From NCBI GenBank assembly GCA_965199855.1, contig OZ241326.1, positions 352,001 to 416,000 of the forward strand: a stretch of DNA of 64,000 nt, written 5' to 3'. The position numbers and the translations under genes are program-made. The notes under the pieces are model-generated. The model did not search any database. It was given only the letters and a program-made list of their open reading frames with translations, and was not told where the DNA came from. The DNA comes from a bacterium. Its GTDB lineage: Bacteria > UBA8248. This document shows, piece after piece, positions 1 to 9,551 of the stretch (position 1 is its first letter; every line of letters begins with the position of its first letter).

Positions 1-894
1 GGACGGCAGGGTGTACTTGTCGAGAAAGGCGATGATCTTCGGATTCTCGGCCGCGAACTTCGCGGTCACCGACTTCGGCAGCTCCACCGACGGATAGGCG
101 GTCGCCTTCTTCGGGTCGCCCATGGCGCCCTCGCCGCCCTTCTTCACCGCCGTCACGTGCTTCATCATTTCGTCCCAGTCGGCCTTGTTCCACGCCGGCT
201 CCTCGAGCTTGACCAAGTCCAGCTGCCCCAGCAGCGGCGTCGGCGCCCAGTAGTAGGCGAGCACCGGCTTCTTCTTGATGTAGGCGCCCTTGATGGCCGC
301 CGCCAGCGCGCCGCCCGAGCCCGGACGGAAGTTCGTGTAGTGCTTCTCCAGCCCGTAGACGCGCATCTTCACCGTGTTGATGAGCTCGCAGGTCCAGCCC
401 GGGATGCAGTTCACGAAACGGCCCTTGGAGGGATTCTCGGGGTCCGTGAAAAGATGCTTGTACTTCGGAAGATCGAACACCGACTTGAGGCCCGGGTTCT
501 GCTTCTGGACGAAGCGCGGGATATACCAGCCCTGCTCGCTGTCCGGCGTATTGACGCTCAGCCGCTTGACCTTTCCGCTTTTCAGAGCGGCGTCGTATTG
601 CTCCTTGAGGTTCTCGTACCAGAGCTCCATGACCACGTCGTTCTTGCCCTTGTAGTGCGCCGCCATAATCGGCAGGGTGCCGCCGTAGGTCATCTTCACC
701 TCGCAGCCGTAGCCGTGCCGCAGGATGAAGGCGGTCACCTGGTCGTGGAAGTTCGCGCTGTCCCAGTTGAAGTCGCCGATGTGAACACGGCAGGCCGCCT
801 CCGCCCCGCGAGGCGAGGCGAGAGACGCGGCGGCGATGATGACGGCGAAAGCGGCTACCGCGAGCGCCCTGAACTTCATGGTCTTCGGCTTCAT
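1..894 (-). CDS. Glycine betaine/proline-type ABC substrate-binding protein (ProX/OpuAC family), copy 1; 3' end lies outside the window
   Basis: Absent from the ORF track because it runs off the window. Manual translation MKPKTMKFRALAVAAFAVII...; near-identical to 1034..2068 at offset 1189 nt. Confidence 0.85.
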   Translation of the reverse strand, partial: MKPKTMKFRALAVAAFAVIIAAASLASPRGAEAACRVHIGDFNWDSANFHDQVTAFILRHGYGCEVKMTYGGTLPIMAAHYKGKNDVVMELWYENLKEQYDAALKSGKVKRLSVNTPDSEQGWYIPRFVQKQNPGLKSVFDLPKYKHLFTDPENPSKGRFVNCIPGWTCELINTVKMRVYGLEKHYTNFRPGSGGALAAAIKGAYIKKKPVLAYYWAPTPLLGQLDLVKLEEPAWNKADWDEMMKHVTAVKKGGEGAMGDPKKATAYPSVELPKSVTAKFAAENPKIIAFLDKYTLPS

Positions 895-959
895 GGCTGA
901 TCCCCCGTTGCCGTGCGGGCGTATGAAAACGGACAGTCCTCTCCTCCAAGCGTCATGCG

Positions 960-987
960 ATTATACGCGGATCGGCGCGAAACGCAA
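960..987 (-). promoter_or_regulatory. Putative sigma70 promoter for SBP copy 1
   Basis: Minus strand TTGCGT-N16-TATAAT. Confidence 0.5.
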
Positions 988-1033
988 ACGCCCCCTTCTT
1001 CACGCGGGAGGAGAGGCGCCGCGCGGGGGCGGT

Positions 1034-2068
1034 TCAGGCGGCGGCGAGCGCCGCCTCTATCTTCTTCGCCACGTCGGCCGGCACCCACTTCTTCCACACC
1101 TTGTTGGTTTTGAGGAAGTGGATGGCGGTGGTCTTCGCGTCGCCGTTCGCTTCTTTCTCGAGATAGGCCAGCGCCTTCGAGACCACGCTGGACGGCAGGG
1201 TGTACTTGTCGAGAAAGGCGATGATCTTCGGATTCTCGGCCGCGAACTTCGCGGTCACCGACTTCGGCAGCTCCACCGACGGATAGGCGGTCGCCTTCTT
1301 CGGGTCGCCCATGGCGCCCTCGCCGCCCTTCTTCACCGCCGTCACGTGCTTCATCATTTCGTCCCAGTCGGCCTTGTTCCACGCCGGCTCCTCGAGCTTG
1401 ACCAAGTCCAGCTGCCCCAGCAGCGGCGTCGGCGCCCAGTAGTAGGCGAGCACCGGCTTCTTCTTGATGTAGGCGCCCTTGATGGCCGCCGCCAGCGCGC
1501 CGCCCGAGCCCGGACGGAAGTTCGTGTAGTGCTTCTCCAGCCCGTAGACGCGCATCTTCACCGTGTTGATGAGCTCGCAATACCAGCCCGGGATGCAGTT
1601 CACGAAACGGCCCTTGGAGGGATTCTCGGGGTCCGTGAAAAGATGCTTGTACTTGGGAAGATCGAACACCGACTTGAGGCCCGGGTTCTGCTTCTGGACG
1701 TAACGCGGGATGAACCAGCCCTGATCGCTGTCCGGCGTGTTGGCGCTCAGCAGCTTGATCTTGCCGCTCTTTCTGGCGGCCTCGTAGCCGTCCTTGATGT
1801 TGTCGTACCATACCTCCATGACCACGTCGTTCTTGCCCTTGTAGTGCGCCGCCATAATCGGCAGGGTGCCGCCGTAGGTCATCTTCACCTCGCAGCCGTA
1901 GCCGTGCCGCAGGATGAAGGCGGTCACCTGGTCGTGGAAGTTCGCGCTGTCCCAGTTGAAGTCGCCGATGTGAACACGGCAGGCCGCCTCCGCCCCGCGA
2001 GGCGAGGCGAGAGACGCGGCGGCGATGATGACGGCGAAAGCGGCAATCGCAAGAATTTTGAGTCTCAT
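1034..2068 (-). CDS. Glycine betaine/proline-type ABC substrate-binding protein, copy 2
   Basis: Signal peptide; NWDSA, MEVW, CIPGW and YYWAPT motifs typical of ProX-like SBPs. Confidence 0.88.
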   Translation of the reverse strand: MRLKILAIAAFAVIIAAASLASPRGAEAACRVHIGDFNWDSANFHDQVTAFILRHGYGCEVKMTYGGTLPIMAAHYKGKNDVVMEVWYDNIKDGYEAARKSGKIKLLSANTPDSDQGWFIPRYVQKQNPGLKSVFDLPKYKHLFTDPENPSKGRFVNCIPGWYCELINTVKMRVYGLEKHYTNFRPGSGGALAAAIKGAYIKKKPVLAYYWAPTPLLGQLDLVKLEEPAWNKADWDEMMKHVTAVKKGGEGAMGDPKKATAYPSVELPKSVTAKFAAENPKIIAFLDKYTLPSSVVSKALAYLEKEANGDAKTTAIHFLKTNKVWKKWVPADVAKKIEAALAAA

Positions 2069-2142
2069 GGCGGGTCTCCCGTCGCCGCGGGGGGCGCGCG
2101 GAAAGAAAGAAAAGGGAACCTCTCCTGTCCTCTGGCTGGAGC

Positions 2143-2171
2143 ATCTTACTGCAAATCGCCGGGAAGCGCAA
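2143..2171 (-). promoter_or_regulatory. Putative sigma70 promoter for SBP copy 2
   Basis: Minus strand TTGCGC-N17-TAAGAT. Confidence 0.45.
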
Positions 2172-2252
2172 ACCGCCGCCCCGATGCCGCCCGTTCATGC
2201 TACCATCGCCCCATCGCCCCATCGCCCTTCCGCCCGAGCGAGCGGCGCGCCC

Positions 2253-3308
2253 ATGCCCGAGATGAGACATGACCCGCTCCGCGGCGAATGGACGCTCATC
2301 GCGCCCGGCCGCCGCGCCCGGCCACGCCCCCCGCATTACGCGAACGCCACGCCCTCATCGGAGGATCCGTCCTGTCCCTTCTGCCCGGGAAACGAGAGCG
2401 AAACGCCGCCCGAGACCGGCGCAGTCAGGGACGAAGGAACGAGGGAGAACGCCTGGGGCTGGCGCGCCCGCTGCGTGCCGAACAAATACCCCGCCGTCGG
2501 CGAGGGCGAGCCTGCGCGGGAAGGGAAGGGCGCTTTCTCCTCTCTCAGGGGCGGGGGACGCCACGAAGTGCTGATCGATTCGCCGCGCCACGCGAAGGGG
2601 CTGGCCGATTTGAGCGACGCGCACGCGGGCGACGTCCTGCGCCTGCTCCGGCAAAGGGCGCGCGCGCTTGCGCGGGCGCCCGGCGTTCGCTCCGTCTGCG
2701 CCTTCAAGAACCACGGGGCGATGGCGGGGGCGTCCATCCTCCACTCGCACATCCAGATTCTCGCCCTTCCCGCCCGCGCGGGGGCGGAGGCGGCGGCGCG
2801 GCGGCGGGAGGCCGCCTTCCACCGCCACCGCGAGCGCAAAATCGCCCTTTTCGACCACGTGGCCGCCCGCGAGCTGGAGGCGGAAGCGAGGGTGGTGGAG
2901 GCGGGAGCGGAGGGCGCGGTCGCGTTCTGCCCCTGGGGGTCGCGCTTTCCCTATCTCGTCTGCATCGCGCCTTGGCCGTCGGAAGCCTCCTTCCAGGAGA
3001 GCGCGCCGGAGGCCATCGCGGCGGCGGGGCGCGCGCTGGCGCGAACGCTCAGACGCTACAAGAGGCTTCTGCGCGATCCGCCCGTCAACGTCTCTTTCTT
3101 CTTGGGAGCGGGAGGCGCGGACGAGGTCTCCTCCGCGCACCGCTGGCGCATCGAGCTCTTTCCCCGTCTGACGCCCCCGGCGGGACTCGAGACGGGTCTG
3201 GGGACGCACATAAACGAGGTCGCTCCGGAGCGCGCGGCCAAGGAACTGAGGAGCGCGGACGCCGCCTTCGAGGAAGACGGGGCGGCCGCCCCGCCAGGCG
3301 GGGGGTGA
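2253..3308 (+). CDS. galT: Galactose-1-phosphate uridylyltransferase-like (GalT/HIT) nucleotidyltransferase
   Basis: R.DPL.G.W..IA..R..RP, CPFCPGNE, NKYPA, GASILHSHIQ. Start set at ATG 2253. Confidence 0.85.
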   Translation: MPEMRHDPLRGEWTLIAPGRRARPRPPHYANATPSSEDPSCPFCPGNESETPPETGAVRDEGTRENAWGWRARCVPNKYPAVGEGEPAREGKGAFSSLRGGGRHEVLIDSPRHAKGLADLSDAHAGDVLRLLRQRARALARAPGVRSVCAFKNHGAMAGASILHSHIQILALPARAGAEAAARRREAAFHRHRERKIALFDHVAARELEAEARVVEAGAEGAVAFCPWGSRFPYLVCIAPWPSEASFQESAPEAIAAAGRALARTLRRYKRLLRDPPVNVSFFLGAGGADEVSSAHRWRIELFPRLTPPAGLETGLGTHINEVAPERAAKELRSADAAFEEDGAAAPPGGG

Positions 3309-3347
3309 TCGCAGGCTCGCCCGCGCGCCGTTTCGGCGCGGAGCCTC

Positions 3348-4106
3348 CTAATGCACGTATTGCCCGCCGTTCACGTCGAGCGTCACGCCCGTGATGTAGC
3401 CCGACCCCGGCGTGGAGAGATACCAGATCGCGTCCGCCACGTCCTCGGGCTCGCCCCCGAAGCCCACGGGAATGCCCGCCACGATGGCCGGCACGCGCTC
3501 CCCGTGCACGAGCCGGAAGCGCCTGGTGAGCGTCGCGCCCGGAGCCACGGCGTTCACCGTGACGCCGTGGGGGGCGAGCTCCACCGCGAGCCTCCGGGTG
3601 AAGCCCTGCATCGCGGACTTGGATGCGCTGTAGGCCAGCGAGATGCCCGGCAGGGCGTCGCGGGCGGAAATGGAGGATACGTTCACGATGCGGCCGTAGC
3701 CCGCCTTCTTCATCGGAGCGGCCGCCGCGCGGCTGGCGAGGTAGCAGCTCGTCAGGTTCCAGTCCATGATCTTTCGCCACTCCGCCTCGTCAAGGTCCTC
3801 GATGTCGGAAACCTCGACGAAGCCGCCCGCGCAGTTCACCAGAATGTCGAGGCGGCCCCACGCGGCGAGCGTCCGCGAGAAAAGACGGTCGACGTCCTCT
3901 TTTCTGGCGGCGTCGCCCGGAGAATAGATGGCCTCTCCGCGCTCGCCCAGCCTGGCGAGCGCCGCCGCGCCGCGCTCCCGGTCGCGCCCCATGACGGCGA
4001 CCTTCGCGCCCTCCCCGGCGAAGCGGAGCGCCGCCGCCAGGCCGATGCCGTCCGTCGCGCCCGTGACGACGGCGACGCGCTCTCTTATGGAGGATCGCTC
4101 ATGCAC
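3348..4106 (-). CDS. SDR family oxidoreductase (FabG-like)
   Basis: TGATDGIG, NCAG, YSASK, VNAVAPG, DVNGG. Confidence 0.9.
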   Translation of the reverse strand: MHERSSIRERVAVVTGATDGIGLAAALRFAGEGAKVAVMGRDRERGAAALARLGERGEAIYSPGDAARKEDVDRLFSRTLAAWGRLDILVNCAGGFVEVSDIEDLDEAEWRKIMDWNLTSCYLASRAAAAPMKKAGYGRIVNVSSISARDALPGISLAYSASKSAMQGFTRRLAVELAPHGVTVNAVAPGATLTRRFRLVHGERVPAIVAGIPVGFGGEPEDVADAIWYLSTPGSGYITGVTLDVNGGQYVH

Positions 4107-4118
4107 GGAAAAAACCCC

Positions 4119-4880
4119 CTAGTGCGCGTATCTGCCGCCGTTCACGTCGAGCGTCACGCCCGTCACGTAGCGCGCGCCGGGGCGGACGAGATACCACACG
4201 GCGTCGGCGACGTCGGCGGCCTCCGCCACGCGGCCCAGCGGAATCTTCGAGACGATCTCGGGCAGCCTCTCCCTGTGCAGGGCGGCCACGCGAGGGGAGA
4301 GCACCACGCTGGGCGCCACCGCGTTCACGGTGACACCATGGGGCGCGACCTCGACCGCCAGGCGCCTGCAGAAGCCGAACAGGCCGGCCTTCGCCGCGCT
4401 GTAGGCGAGGCCCGTCTCCAGAATGCCGTCGCGGCCCGAGAGGGAGGATACGTTCACGATGCGGCCGTAGCCCGCCTCTTTCATGGCGGGCGCGACTGCG
4501 CGCGAACAAAGGTAGGCGCTTTTCAGGTTCAGGTCCACGACGCTACGCCACGCGGCCTCGTCCAGATCCTCGAGGGCCGGATTGTCCACGAAGCCGCCCG
4601 CGCAGTTCACCAGAATGTCGAGGCGGCCCCACGCGGCCAGCGTCTCGCTCACCGCCGCCCGGATTTCATCCGCCGCCGTGGCGTCCGTCCTGATGAAGCG
4701 AACCTCCGCGCCCGCCTCGCTCGCGCGACTGGCGGCCGCTTCGCCCCCGGCCTCGTCCACGTCCAGCAGGGCGACCCGCGCGCCCTCCGCCGCGAGACGC
4801 TCGACGATGGCCGCGCCGATGCCCGCCGCCCCCGCCGTAACGACGGCCGCATGGCCCTGAATCGAGGATCTGTCTTCCAT
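4119..4880 (-). CDS. SDR family oxidoreductase, tandem paralog of 3348..4106
   Basis: TAGAAGIG, YSAAK; shares identical DNA blocks with its neighbour. Confidence 0.9.
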   Translation of the reverse strand: MEDRSSIQGHAAVVTAGAAGIGAAIVERLAAEGARVALLDVDEAGGEAAASRASEAGAEVRFIRTDATAADEIRAAVSETLAAWGRLDILVNCAGGFVDNPALEDLDEAAWRSVVDLNLKSAYLCSRAVAPAMKEAGYGRIVNVSSLSGRDGILETGLAYSAAKAGLFGFCRRLAVEVAPHGVTVNAVAPSVVLSPRVAALHRERLPEIVSKIPLGRVAEAADVADAVWYLVRPGARYVTGVTLDVNGGRYAH

Positions 4881-4922
4881 CCCGTCCGACGCCTCGTCCG
4901 CGAGCCGGCTCCCCGGCCGCCC

Positions 4923-5288
4923 CTATCCGGAGCCGCGAACCAGCAAAAGGCCCTCATAGACGAGCAGCGGCGCCGCGAGCGGCACCAGAATCAGCCACAG
5001 GGCGTTGTTCTCCAGGCCGCTGTCCGCCATCTTGGCCAGGTAATTGTAGGCGTAGAAATTCGCCAGCGCGCCGCCGAGGAGCGTCGTCGCCCGTCGATGC
5101 CATTCGGTTTCGCGCTTCGCCAGCCCGCGAACGCCGTCGAAGAGAACGACGGCGAAAGCCGCTATCACGAAGGCGTCGATCCAGTCGAAGAGCGGCTTGG
5201 CGGCCCTGGGATTGACGGCGAAGAAAAAATTGTTGAGCATCATCGCGATGGCGGCGGCCAGAACGAAGAACCCCTTTCGCGAGCGCAT
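4923..5288 (-). CDS. Small integral membrane protein (~4 TM), function unknown
   Basis: Four hydrophobic segments; GAGGGGGAG RBS-like run before ATG 5288. Confidence 0.65.
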   Translation of the reverse strand: MRSRKGFFVLAAAIAMMLNNFFFAVNPRAAKPLFDWIDAFVIAAFAVVLFDGVRGLAKRETEWHRRATTLLGGALANFYAYNYLAKMADSGLENNALWLILVPLAAPLLVYEGLLLVRGSG

Positions 5289-5378
5289 GTTTCTCCCCCT
5301 CGTGGTCACATGGTGAGGCGAGCCGGCCTTCCCGCGGGCCGCCGGGTGCGACAGCGCGCCGCCTCATCCCCGAAAGCG

Positions 5379-5975
5379 CTACCCCGCCCGCGCGGAGGCG
5401 AAATAGGTGTTGCCGTCGAAATCCCACCAGCGGGCGCGCCGAAAGCCCGCCTTTCGCAATTCGCCCAGCAACTCGGCGGGGCGAAAGCGCGCGCGAAGGG
5501 GCGGCCCCATGTCCATGGGCTTTCTGTGCCATTCGATCAGGACGAGCGAGCCTTTTTCCCGCGTCGCGCGGCGGGATTCCGCAAGCAGGGGCCCGGGGTC
5601 GGCCATCCCGTGAACCACGAACGCGAGAAGAGCGAGGTCCGCGCTCCCGTCGGGAAAGGGGACGCGGGGGTTTTCGCATCGCCTCGCCGTCAGGTTGGCG
5701 CGGCCGCGCTCCTTCGCCTGCGCCCGGACCTCCCGTATCATTACGGGCGAAGTGTCGCACGCGAGCACGCGCCCGTATTTTCCCACCACGCCGCAGGCGG
5801 GAAGCGAGAAATACCCGGGGCCGCAACCCACGTCCAGAAAACTCATGCCGCGCCCGAGGCCCAGGCCGCGCAGCGTCCTGGCGGGCGGCATGACGCGGCG
5901 TCTCTGGCGGGTGAGAAGCAGATGCCGCCTGCGGGCGGGAAACGTCCATTCCAGCCGCGGGGACGCGCCGCTCAA
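5379..5975 (-). CDS. Class I SAM-dependent methyltransferase
   Basis: FLDVGCGPGYF motif I and GPP...R tail. TTG start overlaps the upstream stop (TTGA). Confidence 0.85.
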   Translation of the reverse strand: MSGASPRLEWTFPARRRHLLLTRQRRRVMPPARTLRGLGLGRGMSFLDVGCGPGYFSLPACGVVGKYGRVLACDTSPVMIREVRAQAKERGRANLTARRCENPRVPFPDGSADLALLAFVVHGMADPGPLLAESRRATREKGSLVLIEWHRKPMDMGPPLRARFRPAELLGELRKAGFRRARWWDFDGNTYFASARAG

Positions 5976-7054
5976 GCCTCGTCCTCGAGGTAGCCGCTGA
6001 GCGCCTCGCGGATGAAGCCCTCCTCGCGCCCCTCCCGGATGAGCAGGAGCCCCTCCGCCAGGCACTCGAGCCTGCGCCGCTCCCGGTCGAGGCGGGTCTG
6101 GCCCTTTCGCGCCAGAAGCCTTTCCACGTCGTCTATCGCGGCGCCGTCGAGCCCCCATTTCAGCCCCATCTTGAGAAGAGGCTCCTGAATCCACTCGAGC
6201 CGCTCCTCTATCGCGCCGCTCCCCTCGCGGCCGGCGAGGCCCGCGAGCTCCACGCACAGGCCGATGATGTCCACCGCGGCCTGCGCCGACGGGGAGAAGC
6301 GGACGCCGGGCAGGCGCTCGTAGTCCGCCTCGCCCTCCGGCAGGAAGGCGACGAGCCGCGCCCGCGCCCGCTCCTCGCTCGCTCCCTCGAGTATCGCCAG
6401 CGCGCCCTCTATGGCGATCTCCTTGTTCCGCTCCATCGCGCCGAGGGCGGATTCTATCTGCCGCGCGAGGATCATCTCGGCCTCGTCGCAGGGTGCCTGA
6501 TCCGCCAGCATCCGCAGACCGGCGGCGAAAATTCCGTCCGGACTCCGCTCGAGCGCGGGCTCCAGGGAGAGCAGGCCGTGCCGCTCCGCGCGCGCGGCGA
6601 GGGCGGCGACCACCGAAACCGCCTGCCCGGCCGCGCTTTCGGGGGCGTGAAACGCGGCGATCTCCTCCTCCAGCGCCTGCTCCAGCGGGGGAATGGCGTC
6701 ATCGGCGGGGCCGTCGAATGTGATGTCGCCGTGCTCCTTCATGGCGTAGGCGGTTTCCATCAGCATCTGGCGCGCCTCGACCGCCTGGCCGTTCTCGTCC
6801 GCCTCGCTCCTCTTGATTTCCTCGCGGATGCGCGCCGCGTTCCTGGACGAGACGTTCCGCAGCACGCGCTCCACCACGCCCGCCTCCGCGTCCCGAAGCG
6901 CCAGGGCGAGAACCTCGAGGTCGAGCCGCTCGATGACGCGCCGCAGCGCGCGGCCGGACATCTCCGCGATGGGGGCGAGGTCGGGGTTCTCGCCGGGGGA
7001 GAAAAAGCGATGCCCGGGGGGCTCCTCCATCCAGCGATCGCGGTCAAGACTCAT
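5972..7054 (-). CDS. FliG C-terminal domain fused to two MotA-cytoplasmic-like repeats, no TM helices
   Basis: LALALRDA...RNVSSRNAARIREEI...HGDI is FliG_C-like. AERHGLLSLE...IEGALAILEG...LVAFLP and AGREGSGAIE...AEGLLLIREG...LSGYL are MotA-like. Confidence 0.7.
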   Translation of the reverse strand: MSLDRDRWMEEPPGHRFFSPGENPDLAPIAEMSGRALRRVIERLDLEVLALALRDAEAGVVERVLRNVSSRNAARIREEIKRSEADENGQAVEARQMLMETAYAMKEHGDITFDGPADDAIPPLEQALEEEIAAFHAPESAAGQAVSVVAALAARAERHGLLSLEPALERSPDGIFAAGLRMLADQAPCDEAEMILARQIESALGAMERNKEIAIEGALAILEGASEERARARLVAFLPEGEADYERLPGVRFSPSAQAAVDIIGLCVELAGLAGREGSGAIEERLEWIQEPLLKMGLKWGLDGAAIDDVERLLARKGQTRLDRERRRLECLAEGLLLIREGREEGFIREALSGYLEDEA

Positions 7055-7106
7055 CTTTTCGTCTCCAGGGCTCCCGGGAGCGGCGCGCGCCGGAGCGGCT
7101 TTCCCC

Positions 7107-8750
7107 TCAATTCTCCTCGGCCAGCTTCGGGGGCTGGACGGAGCGGTTCACGTAGAACTGCTGGGCGATGGAGAGCAGGTTGTTCACCAGCCAGTAAATC
7201 ACCAGGCCGACGGGCACGGGATAGAAGACGAACATGCCCGTGAAGATGATGGGCATGAACATCATCATCTTCGCCTGGGTGGGGTCGCCCGCCATGGGCG
7301 TCATCTTCTGCTGCAGGAACATCGACGCGCCCATGAGTATCGTATAGACGTGGTAGGGGTCCTGCACCGAGAGGTCCTGCACCCAGCCGAAGAAGGGCGC
7401 GTTGCGCAGCTCTATCGACACGAGAAGCGCCTCATACAGCCCGAAGAACACGGGAATCTGTATCAGCATGGGCAGGCAGCCCATCATCGGGTTGACCTTG
7501 TGCTCCTTGTAGAGGGACATGGTCTGCTCGTTCAGCTTCGTCTTGTCCTCCTTGTAGATCTCCCGAAGCTGCGCGATGCGCGGCTGGAGCTTCTGCATCT
7601 CCTTCATGTTGCGCATGCTGACGTGGGTGAGGGGATAAAAGACGATCTTCACCAGGATGGTCAGCAGGATGATGGCCACCCCCCAGTTGCCCGCCACGGC
7701 GTGCAGGGCGCGAAGAATCGACATGAGCGGCTTGGCGATGAAGGCGAACATTCCGTAGTCCAGAGAATCCTCCAGGCCGACGCCGAGCCTTTCGAGATGA
7801 TCCAGCGCCTTGGGGCCCGCGTAGACGTCGAAGGCCGCCTCGACCTCCCTTCCCCGCGAGAGGGGGACGATGGCGGCGTATTCGCTCAGGACGTCCGTCT
7901 GGCCGAGCAGGCGAACCTCCGCGCCGCCCGCCCCGCTTCGGGGGATGAGCGCCGCGATGAAGTGCTTCGACTGCAACGAGGTCCACTTGAGGCCCTCGCC
8001 GTGGGCGACGGGCTTTCCCTCCTCGGGATAGTCATAGACGATCTCCTTGCCCACGAAGCTCATCGGCCCCTCGATGACGCCGCCGTAGGTGTTGCCGTCG
8101 CTTCCGCCCACCCGCGGGCCCCAGACGACGCCGATGGCCTCTTCTCCCAAGGGGCGGGAAACCCGTATCCTGGTCTTCACGTTGTAGCTGTTGTACCTGA
8201 AGGCGAGCGTCTTCTCCGCCGAGAGGCCGTCCTCGCCCCGGTAGAGGAACCGCACCACCCCCTCGGGATTCGTCCTCGAGAGGGAGAGATCGCCGCCCTC
8301 GACCTGATAGGACGCCTCGTTCAGCCGCTGCGCCGTCCGCCCGCCCCAGAAGAAAAGAGGCCGCACGTCCGGGCGGCCCGCGGGCACGAGTTCGACGAAG
8401 CCCCTCTCGCCCTGCCTGTATTTGAGCAGGCGCGCGGAGAGAAAGCCCGCGCCCCGGCTCGTCAGCTCATACACCGCGTCGCCCACGTCCACGCGGACGC
8501 GGCGCTGCGGCGCGGAGGCGGTGGGAGCGGGAGCCGGGGACGCGGCGGAAGTCGCCGGCCCGACGGCGGGCGGCGACCTAAGGGGCGCGCTGGCCGCGCT
8601 CCCTCCCTTGCCGCGCTGGGCCGCGGCGCGCGCCTTGGCCGCCCGCTGCTTCTGGGCCTGCTCCTCCTCCATCGGCCTCACGACGAGGTATTGCCAGCCG
8701 ATCAGGATCGCCAGCGACAGGACGGCGGCGAGAATCGCGTTTTTTTCCAT
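7107..8750 (-). CDS. yidC: Membrane protein insertase YidC
   Basis: GNWGVAIILLT, NPMMGCLPMLIQIPVF, YWLVNN; canonical context. Confidence 0.97.
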   Translation of the reverse strand: MEKNAILAAVLSLAILIGWQYLVVRPMEEEQAQKQRAAKARAAAQRGKGGSAASAPLRSPPAVGPATSAASPAPAPTASAPQRRVRVDVGDAVYELTSRGAGFLSARLLKYRQGERGFVELVPAGRPDVRPLFFWGGRTAQRLNEASYQVEGGDLSLSRTNPEGVVRFLYRGEDGLSAEKTLAFRYNSYNVKTRIRVSRPLGEEAIGVVWGPRVGGSDGNTYGGVIEGPMSFVGKEIVYDYPEEGKPVAHGEGLKWTSLQSKHFIAALIPRSGAGGAEVRLLGQTDVLSEYAAIVPLSRGREVEAAFDVYAGPKALDHLERLGVGLEDSLDYGMFAFIAKPLMSILRALHAVAGNWGVAIILLTILVKIVFYPLTHVSMRNMKEMQKLQPRIAQLREIYKEDKTKLNEQTMSLYKEHKVNPMMGCLPMLIQIPVFFGLYEALLVSIELRNAPFFGWVQDLSVQDPYHVYTILMGASMFLQQKMTPMAGDPTQAKMMMFMPIIFTGMFVFYPVPVGLVIYWLVNNLLSIAQQFYVNRSVQPPKLAEEN

Positions 8751-8774
8751 CCGAGAGCGCCTCTGCCGGATTCA

Positions 8775-9062
8775 TCAGGGAACCGGATCGTTCCCCCCGG
8801 GGTGAAATGGATGGCAGCGCCCTATCCGGCGGGCGGTGAGCCACAAGGCCCGCGCGGGCGCGTGGCGGCGGAACGCCTCGAGCGCGTAGCAGGAGCAGGT
8901 GGGCGAAAAGCGGCAACTGCCCGGCAATACGGGAGACAAGACGAGCTGATACCCCCGAATCAGAATGGTCGCCAGCGCGCTCGCCGCCCGCGACGCGGGG
9001 CCGGCTTCTTCCCTACGGCGGCCCCGCTTCAGGGAAAGCGCCGCGGAATGCCCTTTCCACAT
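8775..9062 (-). CDS. yidD: Membrane protein insertion efficiency factor YidD
   Basis: [31 protein letters not shown]. Start uncertain. Confidence 0.92.
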   Translation of the reverse strand: MWKGHSAALSLKRGRRREEAGPASRAASALATILIRGYQLVLSPVLPGSCRFSPTCSCYALEAFRRHAPARALWLTARRIGRCHPFHPGGNDPVP

Positions 9063-9360
9063 CCTCTAGCCTCGCCTTCGCTATGGAACTCCTGGCCACG
9101 GCGACGACGTCCGTCCCCGGGGGCAGACGAGAGCCGCGGCGGCGAAACGCCTCTCGCAGGAGCCGCTTCGCCCGATTCCTCTCAACGGCGGCGCCCACCC
9201 GGCGCGACGCGATGACGCCCAGGCGCGCGCAACCCCCCGAGGGAGTGGACAGGATGTGAAGCGTGAAGTGCGGACACCTGCGCTTGCGCCCCTTCCCGAG
9301 GACGGCGGCGAATTCATGGGCCTTGCGAATCCGGCGCTCCGGCGGAAAGCCCTGGCTCAT
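9013..9360 (-). CDS. rnpA: Ribonuclease P protein component
   Basis: [25 protein letters not shown] (RNR motif). Start at ATG 9360. Confidence 0.95.
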   Translation of the reverse strand: MSQGFPPERRIRKAHEFAAVLGKGRKRRCPHFTLHILSTPSGGCARLGVIASRRVGAAVERNRAKRLLREAFRRRGSRLPPGTDVVAVARSSIAKARLEDVERAFRGAFPEAGPP

Positions 9361-9410
9361 CTCCGCCGTCCCTCCCGGTCGAGAACGAGGGGGCGGCGCG
9401 CCGCCCGGGG

Positions 9411-9551
9411 CTAGGAGGAAACGCCGAGACGCTTGCGGCGCTTGGCCCGACGCCGCCTGATGATCGCGCGGCCCCCGGTGGTCCTCATCCGCCGACGAAA
9501 CCCGTGCGTCTTCGCCCGCTTCCTTCTGTTCGGCTGATAGGTTCGCTTCAC
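9411..9551 (-). CDS. rpmH: 50S ribosomal protein L34
   Basis: Manual translation [46 protein letters not shown] (GTG start); too short for the ORF track. Confidence 0.97.
   Translation of the reverse strand: MKRTYQPNRRKRAKTHGFRRRMRTTGGRAIIRRRRAKRRKRLGVSS

Larger units (their letters stand above)
1..2045. repeat. Tandem gene duplication (1-~850 vs 1190-~2040)
   Basis: Long stretches of nucleotide identity, interrupted by a divergent block at ~511-625 vs ~1700-1814. Confidence 0.95.

Noticed and set aside
1-2045. Diversity-generating retroelement (TR/VR pair) explaining the near-identical repeats
   Set aside because: The differences are not adenine-specific, both copies are full genes, and no reverse transcriptase is present in the window.
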